Positions 1-13,188 of a stretch of 49,157 nucleotides of DNA are shown here, one piece after another. The stretch spans positions 60,974,773-61,023,929 of the forward strand of contig NC_068989.1 of assembly GCF_001194135.2 (NCBI RefSeq), written 5' to 3'. Position 1 is the stretch's first letter. Each line of letters begins with the position of its first letter. A program made the position numbers and the translations under genes. Below the pieces are notes generated by a model. That model saw only the letters and a program-made list of their open reading frames with translations, made no database searches and was not told the origin of the DNA. The stretch is from Octopus bimaculoides (lineage: Eukaryota).

Positions 1-1984
1 ATATATATATATATATATATACTTACATACGTTCCTGCACCGACTTAGATACATACAGACATGCACTCTTACGCAAATATATATATATATTTATCAAAGA
101 GGGATGATAGAAAAAGGAGCGGAGGGAGACAGTAATTGAAGAAAAAACACTGTGAAAAAAGAGAGAAATGAGATATTATCGAAAGAGAAGATTGTCAGAA
201 TGTTTATTCATCAGTTTGTAAAGTGGAGTTCCCATGTTATATTGGAACAGACTTAATGAACACTATATAATTATATTTAAATGTAAGTAAACAAAATATA
301 CATTGGCTTGTAATTTTGTATAGCAACACTCTTCGTTTGAATTATTTAAATCTGAGGCTCCTAAAACTTTTGAAAATATGGTCGTTAAATAAATGATTCA
401 GCTGTGTATATCAGTTTTCTAGAGAAACGAGTACAAAATACGCTCCTCTATTGATACTGTTTTCAGCTCCTATCAACTTAAGCACTTCGCATGTTGACTA
501 AGAATTATCAACATCTATATAAATAATATGTTTTGTAATTATGAGAGACATATACATAAAAGAAACGTATCTTCGTTGTTTCTATGATATATAACATATA
601 TTGATCGACTCCTCTGCAATACATTTTTCAACAGTCTTCTAGTAAGAAAAATAAAAGAAAAAATTATGCATTGATTATCTGTCAAAATTAGAATATATAT
701 GCGGATATTTATTACAGTTAACTTACGTTTAAAGAAAACTATAGCTCTTCTCAACAGTCTCGTATTAATTTTATGTTAGGATTATACCAATCCATATTTC
801 ATATTGATTATGCGCAGAAGATAAAACACATATGTGTCTGTAGATTTCTCGTTGAACTCATTCCATTATTTTCCGGCCATAATATTCTATAAACATCGCT
901 GAAAAATCTCTTCAAACGAAACATCTACTATATAAAGATATTTATCTCAAGTTTCTCTTCAGTTGCAAAGTTCCTATTTAAAACAGTACGATCGTTGTTT
1001 TGAGCATGACGTTTCTTTTTTGCCAGTATGTTGATAGTCTGTGTTGTAATGAATGTTAAAATATATCGTATTTATCAAAACCGTAGCCATAAGCAGATTC
1101 AGTCTATCTAACACAATCCCATGATACCAGGCATATCCATTATTGATTTATTCCATGCCTTCTTTGTGTAGAAATTAATTTAGCCGTATTGCTGGCATTC
1201 TTATGGTAACATTTGAATATGGAAAAGTTAGATCATTTAACTATATATCGTAATGCTTCTAGGAGTAAAGAAGAGATAGATAAAATATCAGACAAATTTT
1301 TACATTAAGCTGGGAATTTGTTGCGTATTAAATGCCGTTATGCATAGCTAATCACTGGAAATATAGTCATAAACAAGTGTAAAGCAATGCATACTTTTCG
1401 TCAATTGAAGTTCGCCGTTTATAAGAAAGTCTAACGATCTTAGTCATCCAACCATCGTAGCAGAATTATATTCGCTGTCATTTTACCGTCTCATATACTC
1501 ACACCGAACTGATACTCTCAATAAAATATAATTTGTAGTTTTATAATTAACGGTAAATTTTAGAAATCGAGATAGTAAATATATTGCCAGACCAGTAAAT
1601 TGTAGACAGTGTTAGATTATAACAGTTTATAATAGTCGTACATAACATGAAAGGTATTTGATTTACGTTATCTATAATATATGTAATTTAAAGGTTTGTA
1701 TTTATTTATTATGGTCATTCAGCCTTGGAAACAGATGCTTAGTTCTGTTAAAATGTTTAATATTGGATCTTGTAAGCATTTTTGACGTAAATATTTCAAA
1801 ACATAAGATAAATAGCACGTACATTTGTAAGTGAATTGAATTGGTTTCGGATGGATTTAACTCTCTTTTTGAAAAGAATTTAATTTCGTTTATGTAACGA
1901 ATATGTTGGTGGAAACACTCTGTATTGTTTCATTAAACATTTATATTATTTAATAAACTAAAGCGATGTAAAAGGATATGTACA

Positions 1985-2074
1985 AGTGGTGGATCCCCAT
2001 CATTCGGTGATGATGATTCAACGCCTCATTCAAGTGAGTCAACTTCTCATGACTTAAAGGTGGCTGAGTATTCT
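1985..2074 (+). CDS. Possible internal coding exon of an unidentified host gene (Ser/Asp-rich); 5' boundary uncertain
   Basis: Open frame SGGSPSFGDDDSTPHSSESTSHDLKVAEYS ends at a consensus donor TCT|GTAAGT (2075). The stretch is GC-richer than its flanks. Only AAG-type acceptors lie upstream (1963, 1974, 1986). No homology recognised. Confidence 0.25.
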
Positions 2075-2657
2075 GTAAGTATGACCCCTCAAAAATTATT
2101 TCTAGAGAAAATAAGCATGATGCAATATGAGAGAAAGCTGTACATTTTTAAAGTACAGATACAATTCGCCTTATTTTCTGCAAAATGACGTTAGCCGTGG
2201 TGATATCAAACCTGGGAAGTCGTGGATACGAAGCAAACTTCTTAACAAATCTGACATACCGCACTTACAGCAGCTATGTATATTGCAGAATGATATACAA
2301 GGATTAACTGATATTTTCATATCATTTTAATTTCTCTCAATGTATTTTTATTTTTTATGCGTAGCATTTCTTTTGAGAGACAGCTTGGTTTGTCTAACTA
2401 TTCAGCAGTCGATACAGAAACGTTATTCTGGATTGCTTACTACCCAATAGAGTTTGTTTTCACATTCCATCAACGTTTTTATATATTTTATGCGACGTTA
2501 TTTGATATACATATAGCAATGAGACTATCGTATCAATCGTTTTTACCCTCGTCAAAAGTAGTCAATATTTTTCGGAATTTATTGATGATTTGCGCCATAT
2601 TCCAAACTAACAGAAATAAAAATCAACAAGATCCTCAGAAATGCTTTCAACGTATTT

Positions 2658-3640
2658 TAGACAATATTTTCCAGTGAATTCCTGCTTTTACAAAGGGTAG
2701 TGTTATAATCCATTGGCATTTAACTGCTTCATCTAGCACTTGAACAAGAAACTCTTTCTTTAACTGTGGTTGCTAATAGGACTAGTCTGCTGAAATATCA
2801 TTATTCTATAACTAATATCTTTCCTACTACCTCTAACACGTGAAGCAAGAAGCTATCTTTTCAGTTGTAGTTGATGAGTAACTCTACTCTATTTAAATAT
2901 CAATAAATATTTTATATCTTTCCTTGGAAACTTAATGACATATATTGAACAACAATAAAAGACTTCCCAGCAATACACGTTTAAAATATAGCACTGAATA
3001 ATACTCTGTAGTGATTGCATACAATATATAGCCACTACAACAAATCAAAATTACTAGAAATAATTTATTGTTTATAACATATATTAAAATGATTAGTGAT
3101 ACCACGCATTATTTATAATTGTTACAACATGGTTCAACACACGCACAACCTTCTGTTTTGGAAATTAAACTATTAGCAGCCGTGATTTTCAGATTTGGAC
3201 TCATTATTTAGTTTGACTAAAATTTTATATTGTGCAAAATATAACGACTCCATTGAATGTGGTTTTCCTTCTATGACAATATATATCTACTCATATCGTG
3301 TCGGTGGGATTTAATTCAGTACTCACCCGTGACAGAGTAACGGAACCGAGGCTCATGAAATATTAGCTAAAAATCAACAAATTTAATGGAAAGTAAAGAG
3401 ATATTATGTGGTGTAGGTAAATATTGACTGTATATTTTACCCTTCTCAAAACTTTTTGTGTAAGCTCTTACAAATGAATTACTTGAACAGTTATGTCAAG
3501 AAATTGTTTCAAAATATATTTAGACAATATTTTCCACAGAATTCCTGCTTTTTCAAAGGGTATTTTTATAATCCATAGGGATTTAGCTGCTACATCTAGC
3601 ACCTGAAGAAGAAACTCTTTCATTAACTGTGGTTGGTAAT
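2658..3640 (+). repeat. Local direct duplication of a 120-bp segment (2658-2777 and 3521-3640)
   Basis: Gapless manual alignment gives 13 mismatches in 120 nt, with weaker similarity for ~25 bp upstream. Confidence 0.85.
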
Positions 3641-5039
3641 ACAATAGAGGAAAGGAGACTTTTGTTGTATGTCGGAATTTATAAAATATATTCAGTCTTC
3701 AATATACATGATTGAATATTAGCATCCGAAGAAATGCAAAAATGTAAGATAATTAGTCTCGGAAAATAAACAGAAATGATAATTTCCATGCTGAATAACA
3801 ACCGTTTTGTAAAGAAACATCAATGTTCAGAAACATTTTGATTTTCAAAAGGAAAACATGATATGACGCTATATTATATATAGTAGCACTGTGACTAAAA
3901 TTTTATCTTGTTTTTGTTTTATTGTAAACATCAAAATGGGAAATACATATTGTGGACTAAAATAATTCCAAAAATACGCTATTTTGTTTAAATCCTAATT
4001 TTTCTATTTCAAGAACGTTTAATGTTCCTCCTTTGAACAAACATTAACAATTTTCTGCTTTGAACAAAAGCATTTATAGGTTTCTTCTATAAACACACAT
4101 TCGTTTAAAATAAATTTCCCATAAATATTTGTATATTTGTATATTTATCCTTAGTTCAAGTAAAGTGTTACCGTAAATGTTGACAATTTTCCTCATTAAA
4201 AACTTTTTTATTGCTGCCAAGCCTCTCCTTAATATCATAACAGTTCAAAGTTGCTTGTTCTGACATGGACGGGATTATTATATTTCTCATAATTTTACGC
4301 TATTGTTTTAACATTACCATGGAAGTTTATTGCTTCTCAGAATGCTATTTTCTCAGCTAAACTAAAATCGCTATGGTTAGTCAAACATATGAAATGTGAT
4401 GAGATGTAAATGCAAATTCCAGACTCAATATGTTACTGGGAAGTCATTGACAAACGCGTAAGAATTATTTTTTCTACAATTTGTTTAAACTATTTTTTTT
4501 GTAGGAGTAGTGTCATAAAATTTATGCGTTCGTTAGCACCCAATGATTATTATAAATGAACGTCAATATATAAAACGGGAATCGAATAAACATGCATTGT
4601 GTATATTATATTAATTACTGTGTATTACTAATCAATCACACCAAATCTTTCTGTGCTTCTGATGATTTGTGTCATTATCACAACTGATGCATTATTTGAG
4701 AGAATATATTCTCCCATTTATGCTTTCCTGCTCACGAACGATTTGCTTTCATATGGTTATGAAACAGTTTCAGACATAATATATTATATTTTCCGAAGGT
4801 TCTTTGATGATACGTAATGAAGCTGAAGAACCAAATTCATAGCATTGTTTCCAGTCACCTAACTAGCGTTAGAAACTTAAACTATTTCTTAAAATTTGAG
4901 AGATGATGACCTCAGAATCGGTTTACTGCGATCAGGTAGAGGCTCTTTTATTCGTTCGATTGCGTGGTGAGATTTTTTTTTACACATATATGTAATATGT
5001 ATGTATATCATCATCAGAAGTTAGAGAGTAAGTCAAAAA

Positions 5040-5200
5040 CTGAGTGTTTCGTGTATTGGCAATTATCAAACACAAATTTGTCCATTGTTACTCTTTAACT
5101 TCTGACGAAATAACTTCTCATATACAAAATTTTGTCAAAAACGTTAAGAGTAAACTCTGTTCTATGACACATTCTACCAGTATCGGAAGTTTGAAAGCCT
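5040..5200 (+). mobile_element. Diverged fragment of the outer arm of the foldback family found at 32.1-34.4 kb
   Basis: ATGACACATTCTACCAGTATCGGAAGTTTGAAAG (~5164-5197) matches 34301-34334 (ATGACACATTCTACCAGTATCCGAAGTTTGAAAG). The upstream GAAATAACTT...TTTTGT...TAAGAG is also similar. Confidence 0.7.
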
Positions 5201-5412
5201 TTAGTCAAAAAAAAAAAAAAAAAATGAAATAATCTGTACGTATATGCGTGAAAATGAAGTGGATTTACTTTTTCGGAAAAATATTTTGTCCTCAAATTAT
5301 GTGTAAAATATTCCATTTCATAGACTCAGTCATTTAGTAACTTCAATAGATTTATTGTAATGCTTTATGTATCTAACTCGTTAGTGTGCTTAATATCCGA
5401 ATATATATATAT

Positions 5413-5413
<1 letters not shown>

Positions 5414-5466
<53 letters not shown>
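5414..5466. repeat. (GT)n microsatellite
   Basis: Direct read of the sequence. Confidence 0.95.
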
Positions 5467-5467
<1 letters not shown>

Positions 5468-6797
5468 TGTGTATGTCTGTGTGTGTATTAATAAAAAAGA
5501 AGTCGTCAGGATCAGGATTTGGATAAAAATAATTCAGCGCTTTCGTCTCTTTTAGGGATATATTATGAATGATGTCATATAGAAAATTCATTTCATTTAT
5601 TTATATGAGAGTTAACTGAACAAAGATGTGCAGTTTAATTTTTTGGGGGTTTTGGAGAGAGGGTGCTTTGGCAGTAGATCTCTGAAATGCTCTTTATCTT
5701 TTTGAATGTATTTGAGCGTGTATGTGTGTGTGGTGTGTGTGCGCATATGTATGTGTGTATAAACATATGTGTGTTGTGAGTTTTTAAACAGAGAAAAAGA
5801 AAGAAAAGAAGAAAGAACGAAGTAGCGTTATGTGGGATGGTTGAAATTGATGACATATCAATGAAGTCATACTCTGTTTTTTCAATTGCTATAAATTCCT
5901 TTTATTTTGCGACTGAGAAACCTTGTTGTTTTTAGAAAGTAGAATCAAGAGTTATTTAAACGTATTGTATGTCTAAACATATGCGTGAGAGCGAGTGAAA
6001 GAGGGGATAGAGAGGGAGAGAGAAGAAGAAGGAAGAGAGATGCAGAAAAGATGGTGAGAGAGAAGAGGAGGAGAGAGAATGTATGTATGTGTCTTGTGTT
6101 GTTCTTCAAGTGAATTTTTGCAGTTAATTTAGTAATATTAATGAGAACATTATTAATAATAATAGCCAGTAGAGATCTGGTTTGATTTCCTCTGGGAAAG
6201 AAATTTTGTTTTTAATTTAGAGATATATTGCATTTTCTACATATTTAATTTTGATAGAGGGTTTTTCAGATAAATTAGAGGTCCATGTTCCCGCTTATTT
6301 TAGCAACAGTAATGAGAACATTACTAATAAGAACATTCAGTGGTAATCTAGTCTCCATCATCATCTGATCTAATTATTTTCATAATGATTTCTGATGCTT
6401 TTATAGATATATTTTACGCGTTTACTATAGGCCAATTTTTTTTTACAAGATATAGTTTCATTGCCTACAAGTATTTTAGATCATCAAGTTTGCATTTCTA
6501 GACAGGAAAGATCTTGAATCTTTCTGCATATTACCACATATGTCCCTAGAGGAAACTTGCATTATACTTTTTTGTTTGATGTGCTGCCTATTGATTCTTG
6601 CGCATTCGTAACAGTAATTATTGCTTTCGCCAATATAATAACCTTTGCAATTTGGGCAGCTTATGCAGTATATTAGATTCTATATCTTGTTCTTCATATT
6701 TACAATTATTTGGAAGAAGAATCCACTTTTAATATTGAAAATCGCTGTTGCTCTATATTCTATATTTATATGCATATGCATATAAATAAATAAATAA

Positions 6798-6834
<37 letters not shown>

Positions 6835-6862
6835 CACACACACACACATACANNNNNNNNNN

Positions 6863-6917
<55 letters not shown>

Positions 6918-6989
6918 ACATGTGTGTGTGTTTGTATTTCTGTCTATTGTTTGTGAAATATTTACCGCAAACATAAAGTCGATATTCAG

Positions 6990-7052
6990 GTGCAAGTGAA
7001 GACGACGGTTCATTACGCCCATGTATTTATTCTGAGATTCCGGATATAGAAG
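6990..7052 (+). CDS. Possible 63-nt symmetric (phase 1-1) coding exon
   Basis: ATATTCAG|GTGCAAG...ATAGAAG|GTAGAC; translates (G)ASEDDGSLRPCIYSEIPDIE(G) without stops. No homology recognised. Confidence 0.25.
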
Positions 7053-7202
7053 GTAGACGACTAGCTTTCTAAATAAGGAAATTGGTGTCAGACATTCGGC
7101 ATAACGGAACATAGGCCATAAAATAGAAAATGAAATTGTTTCTGGCAAACTATGCTTGTAGTCGATTTTGTGAATAAGTTGACGTATAGAAATTACTGAT
7201 AC

Positions 7203-7236
<34 letters not shown>

Positions 7237-7849
7237 TCATCTTCTTCCGATTGATTAACAAAAAAGTTCACATAAAAGCAAAGTGGAGTTCGATGCCACT
7301 ATGTAACAGAAGGCTTAAAATACAATCGAATATTACTCCAGATAATACAGAGAGCATGGTTCAATAAGAAAAAATATATTGATTTTCTCTATGTCGGTTA
7401 AGTAAGACACAAACTGTTGTTGCTCAATAGATATTCACAAAATATATATCGGTTCTTCGAAACTCTCTTATCTATATTTGGTATTCCTAGGATATGGTAA
7501 CTATTTCAGCAAAAGTTCAACAAACTATTGTCTGAAATTTTAAAGTAATAGAGTAGTAATAGAAACACACTTTCTAGATAACTATATGAAAAACACCGAC
7601 ACACACACACACGTGTGTGTTTTGTGTGTTTGTTGTGTGTGTGTGTGTGTGTGTATGTGAGTGTGTGTGCGTGTGTCTGTTTTAAAACAAGCCTGTTCGT
7701 GTTTTAAAACTAAAGTATCTGTCATTTGTCTTAAGTATGGCGTTTAGACAATCGATTCCATTTCTTACGTGCATTAATTTGTGGCATTCAGCATATCTTC
7801 TCGTACGATTTTAGTGTAGATACTTTATACCTACAGTTTTTATGCGAAA

Positions 7850-9740
7850 AGTGAAAGCGAAGGAAGAAGCGATATATTTCGGGCATTTGATACTTCTTGT
7901 CTTTCCAGAAAGAAGGAAACGTTCTACAAACAGCACAGAAGCTGTGCGAAGCAAAGAGCATCAGGTGGTCATCGACGAATGACGAGAATTCAAGAACCTC
8001 CACAGAGCGGCCGCCAGCATTTAAGGCCAGTGTTCTAGGCGTCAGGGTGCCCACATGGCGAAGAACTGCAGGAAGACGAAGCTGGAACCAATTTGCTATC
8101 GGTGGAAACAGGAATGGTATGTCTTCAGCGACGACTGTCTGGAGAACGATCAAACGGGAGCTACTGCTAGAGAGTAAAGGCTTTTCTACAGTCGTTGTCT
8201 ATAGTTTATATCCTAGTTGGAAGGTAACTGTTAAGAGCGCCGTTGCATACGGGCTTCCCAACAAACTTGGTGATTCTGAAAGAGGCTCAGAAGTAGAATG
8301 GGCTCAGTGGTGTAAAGGAAGTTTATTGATGGCAGAGGGATTAGTTGTAGAAGTAGTAGTCAAATGGATGTTGTGATGCGGAGAAAAGACTGAAGCTGCG
8401 AGCAACTGCGATTGACCATGTGATGGATAGAGTTGATGTAGTAATGGGCATGGACATTATCGGACATCTAGAACTTATCACAGTTAGTGAAGGCTGTTTT
8501 ACGACTGGCGGTGTTAGGGCACCATACGCCATAAATCTCCAACAGTAAAGTAATGAGCACGTTGAAATGAAATGTACTGCACATACCATCATAGACAAGA
8601 ATGTTCAAGATGTGTTCGACGGTCAGCAGTGTACATTTGAGTGGCACCGGGAAGGATAACTTAGAGTGTTGAGAAATAAGGTAAGATTTTATCAGTATAA
8701 TCTGAAACGAAATAGTAATTCTGAGAAAAGTGTACAAGATAAAAAAATGTCCAGCAATTAATATACTGATGACACTTTAGTTGTGTCGGCAACGGAGATC
8801 ATAGGTCATATAAAGAAGTTCGGACTAAGCACGTAACTGCCGGAAACGATAGAAGGAACTGTATTGGTACTCAATCTGCGAAAAGACTTCGTAGGCGTAT
8901 TGGTTTCCGGAGAGGAATTTAGATTCCGGAACTGGACACCATCGTGAACAGAAGAAAAATGTTCTCTATGAGTGGGAAAAGAGTATAGCTACGTCAGCAG
9001 ACGACTGGATGTAGCGAGCTGGAGGAAAACAAAGAAAGTCGGATAGAGTACGATGGCTATGATTCAGTAGATCTGAGAGAAGGTAAAACCGTTAGACCCA
9101 GGAAGCGGAAACTGTTATGTGCCAAACTGGAGAACGGGACTATATGGTGTAAAGTAAGCAGCATGGTGATAGGGATAATTCTGGATATAGGAGCTCGAAG
9201 GTGGAGGATATAGCCTGGCTGAGGAAAACGGGTGGTTGCGACCACATCAACGAGGGTGACTTGGATGCAGTGCTGGCCTTGAAAGAAGGACTGTGTACTG
9301 CCAAGATTCGAAAAGATTTGGCCATTGTACTTCGATGGATTTGATTAATGATCACAGATTCTCTCTGAAGTTGAGTATGGTCGTTGTGTTGTTGGAAATG
9401 AATAAGGCCGACGTCCTAACCAGGGTGAAGAAAGCCTGGCTGGAAGTGCTTGGAGATTCAGAGTGAGATAGAGCTGTAGTATGTCGGCTGAGCAACTCGG
9501 AGCTAAGGAGACTGCATATCATGCATCATATGGGAGCGTACAGGACCCTGTACCTAGCTAGGTGAGTCGACTACGACGTTGCCAGATAGAGCATTCAGAA
9601 AGTGGCCGGGAGTTGCGTCACCTGTCAATATTTCGACCGGTTTCTGGGTATGCACGAGGTTAGAAACATCTTATTAGAAAACAACTATAAACTATTGACA
9701 GTAGATGACACGGATATCTCCTGTTTGGAAAGAGTCGACG
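7850..9740 (+). mobile_element. Decayed LTR retrotransposon internal region (Ty3/Gypsy-like domain order gag-PR-RT-RH-IN); LTRs not found
   Basis: Manual translation with stops and frameshifts. Degenerate CCHC knuckles QCSRRQGAHMAKNC and ICYRWKQEWYVFSDDC (~8025-8140). Protease-like RAPLHTGFPTNLV (~8235) and VDVVMGMDII (~8430). RT catalytic-like YTDDTLV (8762). RNase H-like WCKVSSMVIG, VEDIAWLRK..HINEGDLDAVL and NKADVLTRVKKAWL (~9145-9445). Integrase HHCC LHIMHHMGAYRTLYLAR...CVTCQ and LLTVDDT (~9510-9715). Confidence 0.88.
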
Positions 9741-10336
9741 TTACGAGCGTACCCGTGCTGTAGGTGAGCTACATTTTCCCCCATATTACAGGAACTTAAA
9801 AACACTTCTTGACAATATTGATAGTAGTAGCCATGTCCTTAAAAACTGTGGAGTCTACTAGGGAAATAATTTGCTGGGAGATAATTGTTGATGCTCTCTC
9901 CACTATTGCGTGAGAATATGTCGCAGTGAGTAAATTGTATCTGCTTCATATATTTACCATCAATGATTATTTGGCGAATGTGTGAACCGAACAAATAGTA
10001 GCATTGTGTCTGTCCTTAATTACATAAGCTGCACACCTCATGTAACATATTAATATACTATTAATATAATGACAATACAATGTGGCTTGGGAGAAATTTT
10101 ACAATTATAAAATACAAAAATGTAATTATATTGCTTCTAAGCGACCTTTGTTCCTAAATATTCCAGGCTGTTTCAATTTAGACATTCTTTTACTCATTGC
10201 TAACAAATACGTACACTGGGAATTCTATACCAAGCAAAAACGCCTAGGTCAAAATGTTAAACATTTGATAAGCCGGCGCTTAATGTTTTTCAACACGTTT
10301 TGTATTCTATTAACATACATAAAAGCTCGAAATGAA

Positions 10337-10483
<147 letters not shown>

Positions 10484-11064
10484 TAATAAGTAATGTATTT
10501 TATTATGTTACTTTTCAACATTGATTTTGTTGCTGGCGTTGCTCTGCTATTTGTACATTTATGCCTTAAAGACAGATTTGCCAGCAAGTACTTCGCATAA
10601 ATGTAATAGAGAATTAAATTTTGGTAACTGGAGACTTGAGACTGAAGTACGGTTTATGCTCGCTTTGTGATATTTCCTCTTAATTTATTATGGTTGTGCT
10701 ATTTTGCACTTGTGTTATGTTGCTTGTCAAGAAAACACTACAAATAGAAACTATTAGTAAAAAAATGAAATTTCATATTTCGTTACGCATATTAATAGAT
10801 TCTAGATGCTACAAAACATATTTTAATAGTTTACAAAGACTATCACCCAAATATGTTACGCATTGTAATTCTATCACTTAATAAACACATATAGAGAGGT
10901 ACCAATATGCCTAAACATACATACATACATACATACATACACGCATACATACATACATACATACATACATACATACATTACATACATACGTACATACATC
11001 CCCCATTTGCCGGATAGAAAGTTTGGTGGTGATTACATCACTAGGATGTGGAAGCGACATCAGA

Positions 11065-11070
11065 TCATTG

Positions 11071-11101
<31 letters not shown>

Positions 11102-11560
11102 CGCGTGCATATACCTAATATGTGATGGCATCTGGTGTGTGCATGTATCTGTCGCGTATACACGCCCCTAGTCTCATGCGTACACACAAGACGCGCACAC
11201 ACCCTCCCCAACACCTGTGTTATACACACACGAACACAGGTACGACACACACACACATACACATACAAACCTCATATACATGCGTGATAATATACGTACT
11301 TCATACACGCATGCAGAGAGAATTCGCGCGCGAGCGCGCCGATCATGACAGGTATATCTATGCAGATACAATTACGTACACTCGTACACAGGGGTTACGC
11401 CACCATACGCACTAGATAAACACACGTACCCATCAGATACATACAAATATACACCAACGTTCTGATGTTAGCGCACAAACGGCTGCATGCACGAACACGG
11501 TCATACACAGCAGAAATATACGCGTACGAGATACAATCACACATTAGGTACACACTAGCA
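11065..11560. repeat. Degenerate CA/AC-rich low-complexity tract
   Basis: Interrupted ACAC/ACGC/ACAT runs; the ORFs here are His/Thr-rich artefacts. Confidence 0.8.
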
Positions 11561-11984
11561 GGCACACTCCAACGAACGATCTATCTGGTCTCGCTCCCAC
11601 TTCCTAGACAGCATCCTGCCCGGCCACATCGGTCGTAATAATTCCTTTGGATATTGTTGTTGCTTCTATGTCGACAATATTACGTTAGTAAAACACCATA
11701 ACCAGCAATGGGCAATTGTAGCCCAACGTGCAGAAGTCAATCTCGATATTCTCCATTCAGAGCTTCACGATTTAGGTTCGATGCATGAACTTACGAAGCT
11801 TTGATTTACATGGATAGGCTACATCTTCCTTTTATGGCAACATAATTCAATAAAATTATTTCTATTTGTAGTTTAGCTAGGTATAATTCGCCCCTGCTTT
11901 TCAATCTCAGTATCTAAGCTACGCATGGTACTGTTTTAGTACACGTGCTGCGTACACTCCTACAACACCGTTTTATTTACGTGC

Positions 11985-12020
11985 TATAAAGGGAGAAGTA
12001 AATCTGCCTTCAACTCAGTC
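11985..12020 (+). promoter_or_regulatory. Candidate Pol II core promoter: TATA box plus initiator
   Basis: TATAAAGG at 11985 and TCAGTC at 12015-12020 (fits invertebrate Inr TCAKTY). The +1 A is at 12017, 32 nt from the first T of the TATA. E-boxes CACGTG at 11942 and inside palindrome GGCACGTGCC (12097-12106). Confidence 0.5.
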
Positions 12021-13142
12021 GCGCGCCTGTTTCGCTTATTTTTGTGTGTTTTACTGCATAAATCTCACCAACTGCCTACCCTGAGTAATTACTGTCGGCA
12101 CGTGCCTGATGCATGTATGTATGTATATATAAGTAAATGTATATATGTGTATGTGTGTGTGAGTGTGTGTGTGTATGTGTACGTGCGTGTGTGTGAGTGT
12201 ATATATATATATATACACTTTATTAAAAAGCAGTAAAGATATCACAAAATCTGTTACACAGAGTTTCACGTTCCCGTTTATCGGACAGTTTTGTTTAGAA
12301 TGGAACAAAAATAAGGTTATTATCAAACATATACAATTAGTTTAATGGATACACATTTAAAAATGGTTTAGTTTCATTAGTCCTTTCAACTAACGGTCTT
12401 TACAATGACCGGTTGCATGCGATGAACACAATTCGGTTTAAAATCATCTTATAAAATCGAAGGAAACCTAAAATCAAAAATAGCTTATAAACAAGGACAC
12501 AATCTAAATACCAAGGGTAAATAATTATTTGTAAAATATTAATCAATTAAAACATTGAAGTTATATCTGTTTCAAAAAAATCTGAAGGAACCAGATTTTC
12601 GATGGTCGGATTTTCGAATGTCAACGCTTCTTTCTTTCATTCTTTCTCTCTCTCTCTCTCTCCATATATATATATANNNNNNNNNNNNNNNNNNNNNNNN
12701 NNNNNNNNNNNNNNNNNNNNNNNNNNNNNNNNNNNNNNNNNNNNNNNNNNNNNNNNNNNNNNNNNNNNNNNNNNNNNNNNNNNNNNNNNNNNNNNNNNNN
12801 NNNNNNNNNNNNNNNNNNNNNNNNNNNNNNNNNNNNNNNNNNNNNNNNNNNNNNNNNNNNNNNNNNNNNNNNNNNNNNNNNNNNNNNNNNNNNNNNNNNN
12901 NNNNNNNNNNNNNNNNNNNNNNNNNNNNNNNNNNNNNNNNNNNNNNNNNNNNNNNNNNNNNNNNNNNNNNNNNNNNNNNNNNNNNNNNNNNNNNNNNNNN
13001 NNNNNNNNNNNNNNNNNNNNNNNNNNNNNNNNNNNNNNNNNNNNNNNNNNNNNNNNNNNNNNNNNNNNNNNNNNNNNNNNNNNNNNNNNNNNNNNNNNNN
13101 NNNNNNNNNNNNNNNNNNNNNNNNNNNNNNNNNNNNNNNNNN

Positions 13143-13188
<46 letters not shown>

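Noticed and set aside
2658-2790. Alternative genetic code (TAA/TAG read as Gln) suggested by a TAA/TAG swap between the duplicated segments
   Set aside because: The same frame contains several TGA stops just upstream (~2519, ~2583-2588), the context is clearly animal nuclear DNA, and a single swap is uninformative.
7500-10300. LTRs flanking the gag-pol remnant
   Set aside because: No paired direct repeats with TG...CA ends, PBS or PPT could be found by eye on either side.
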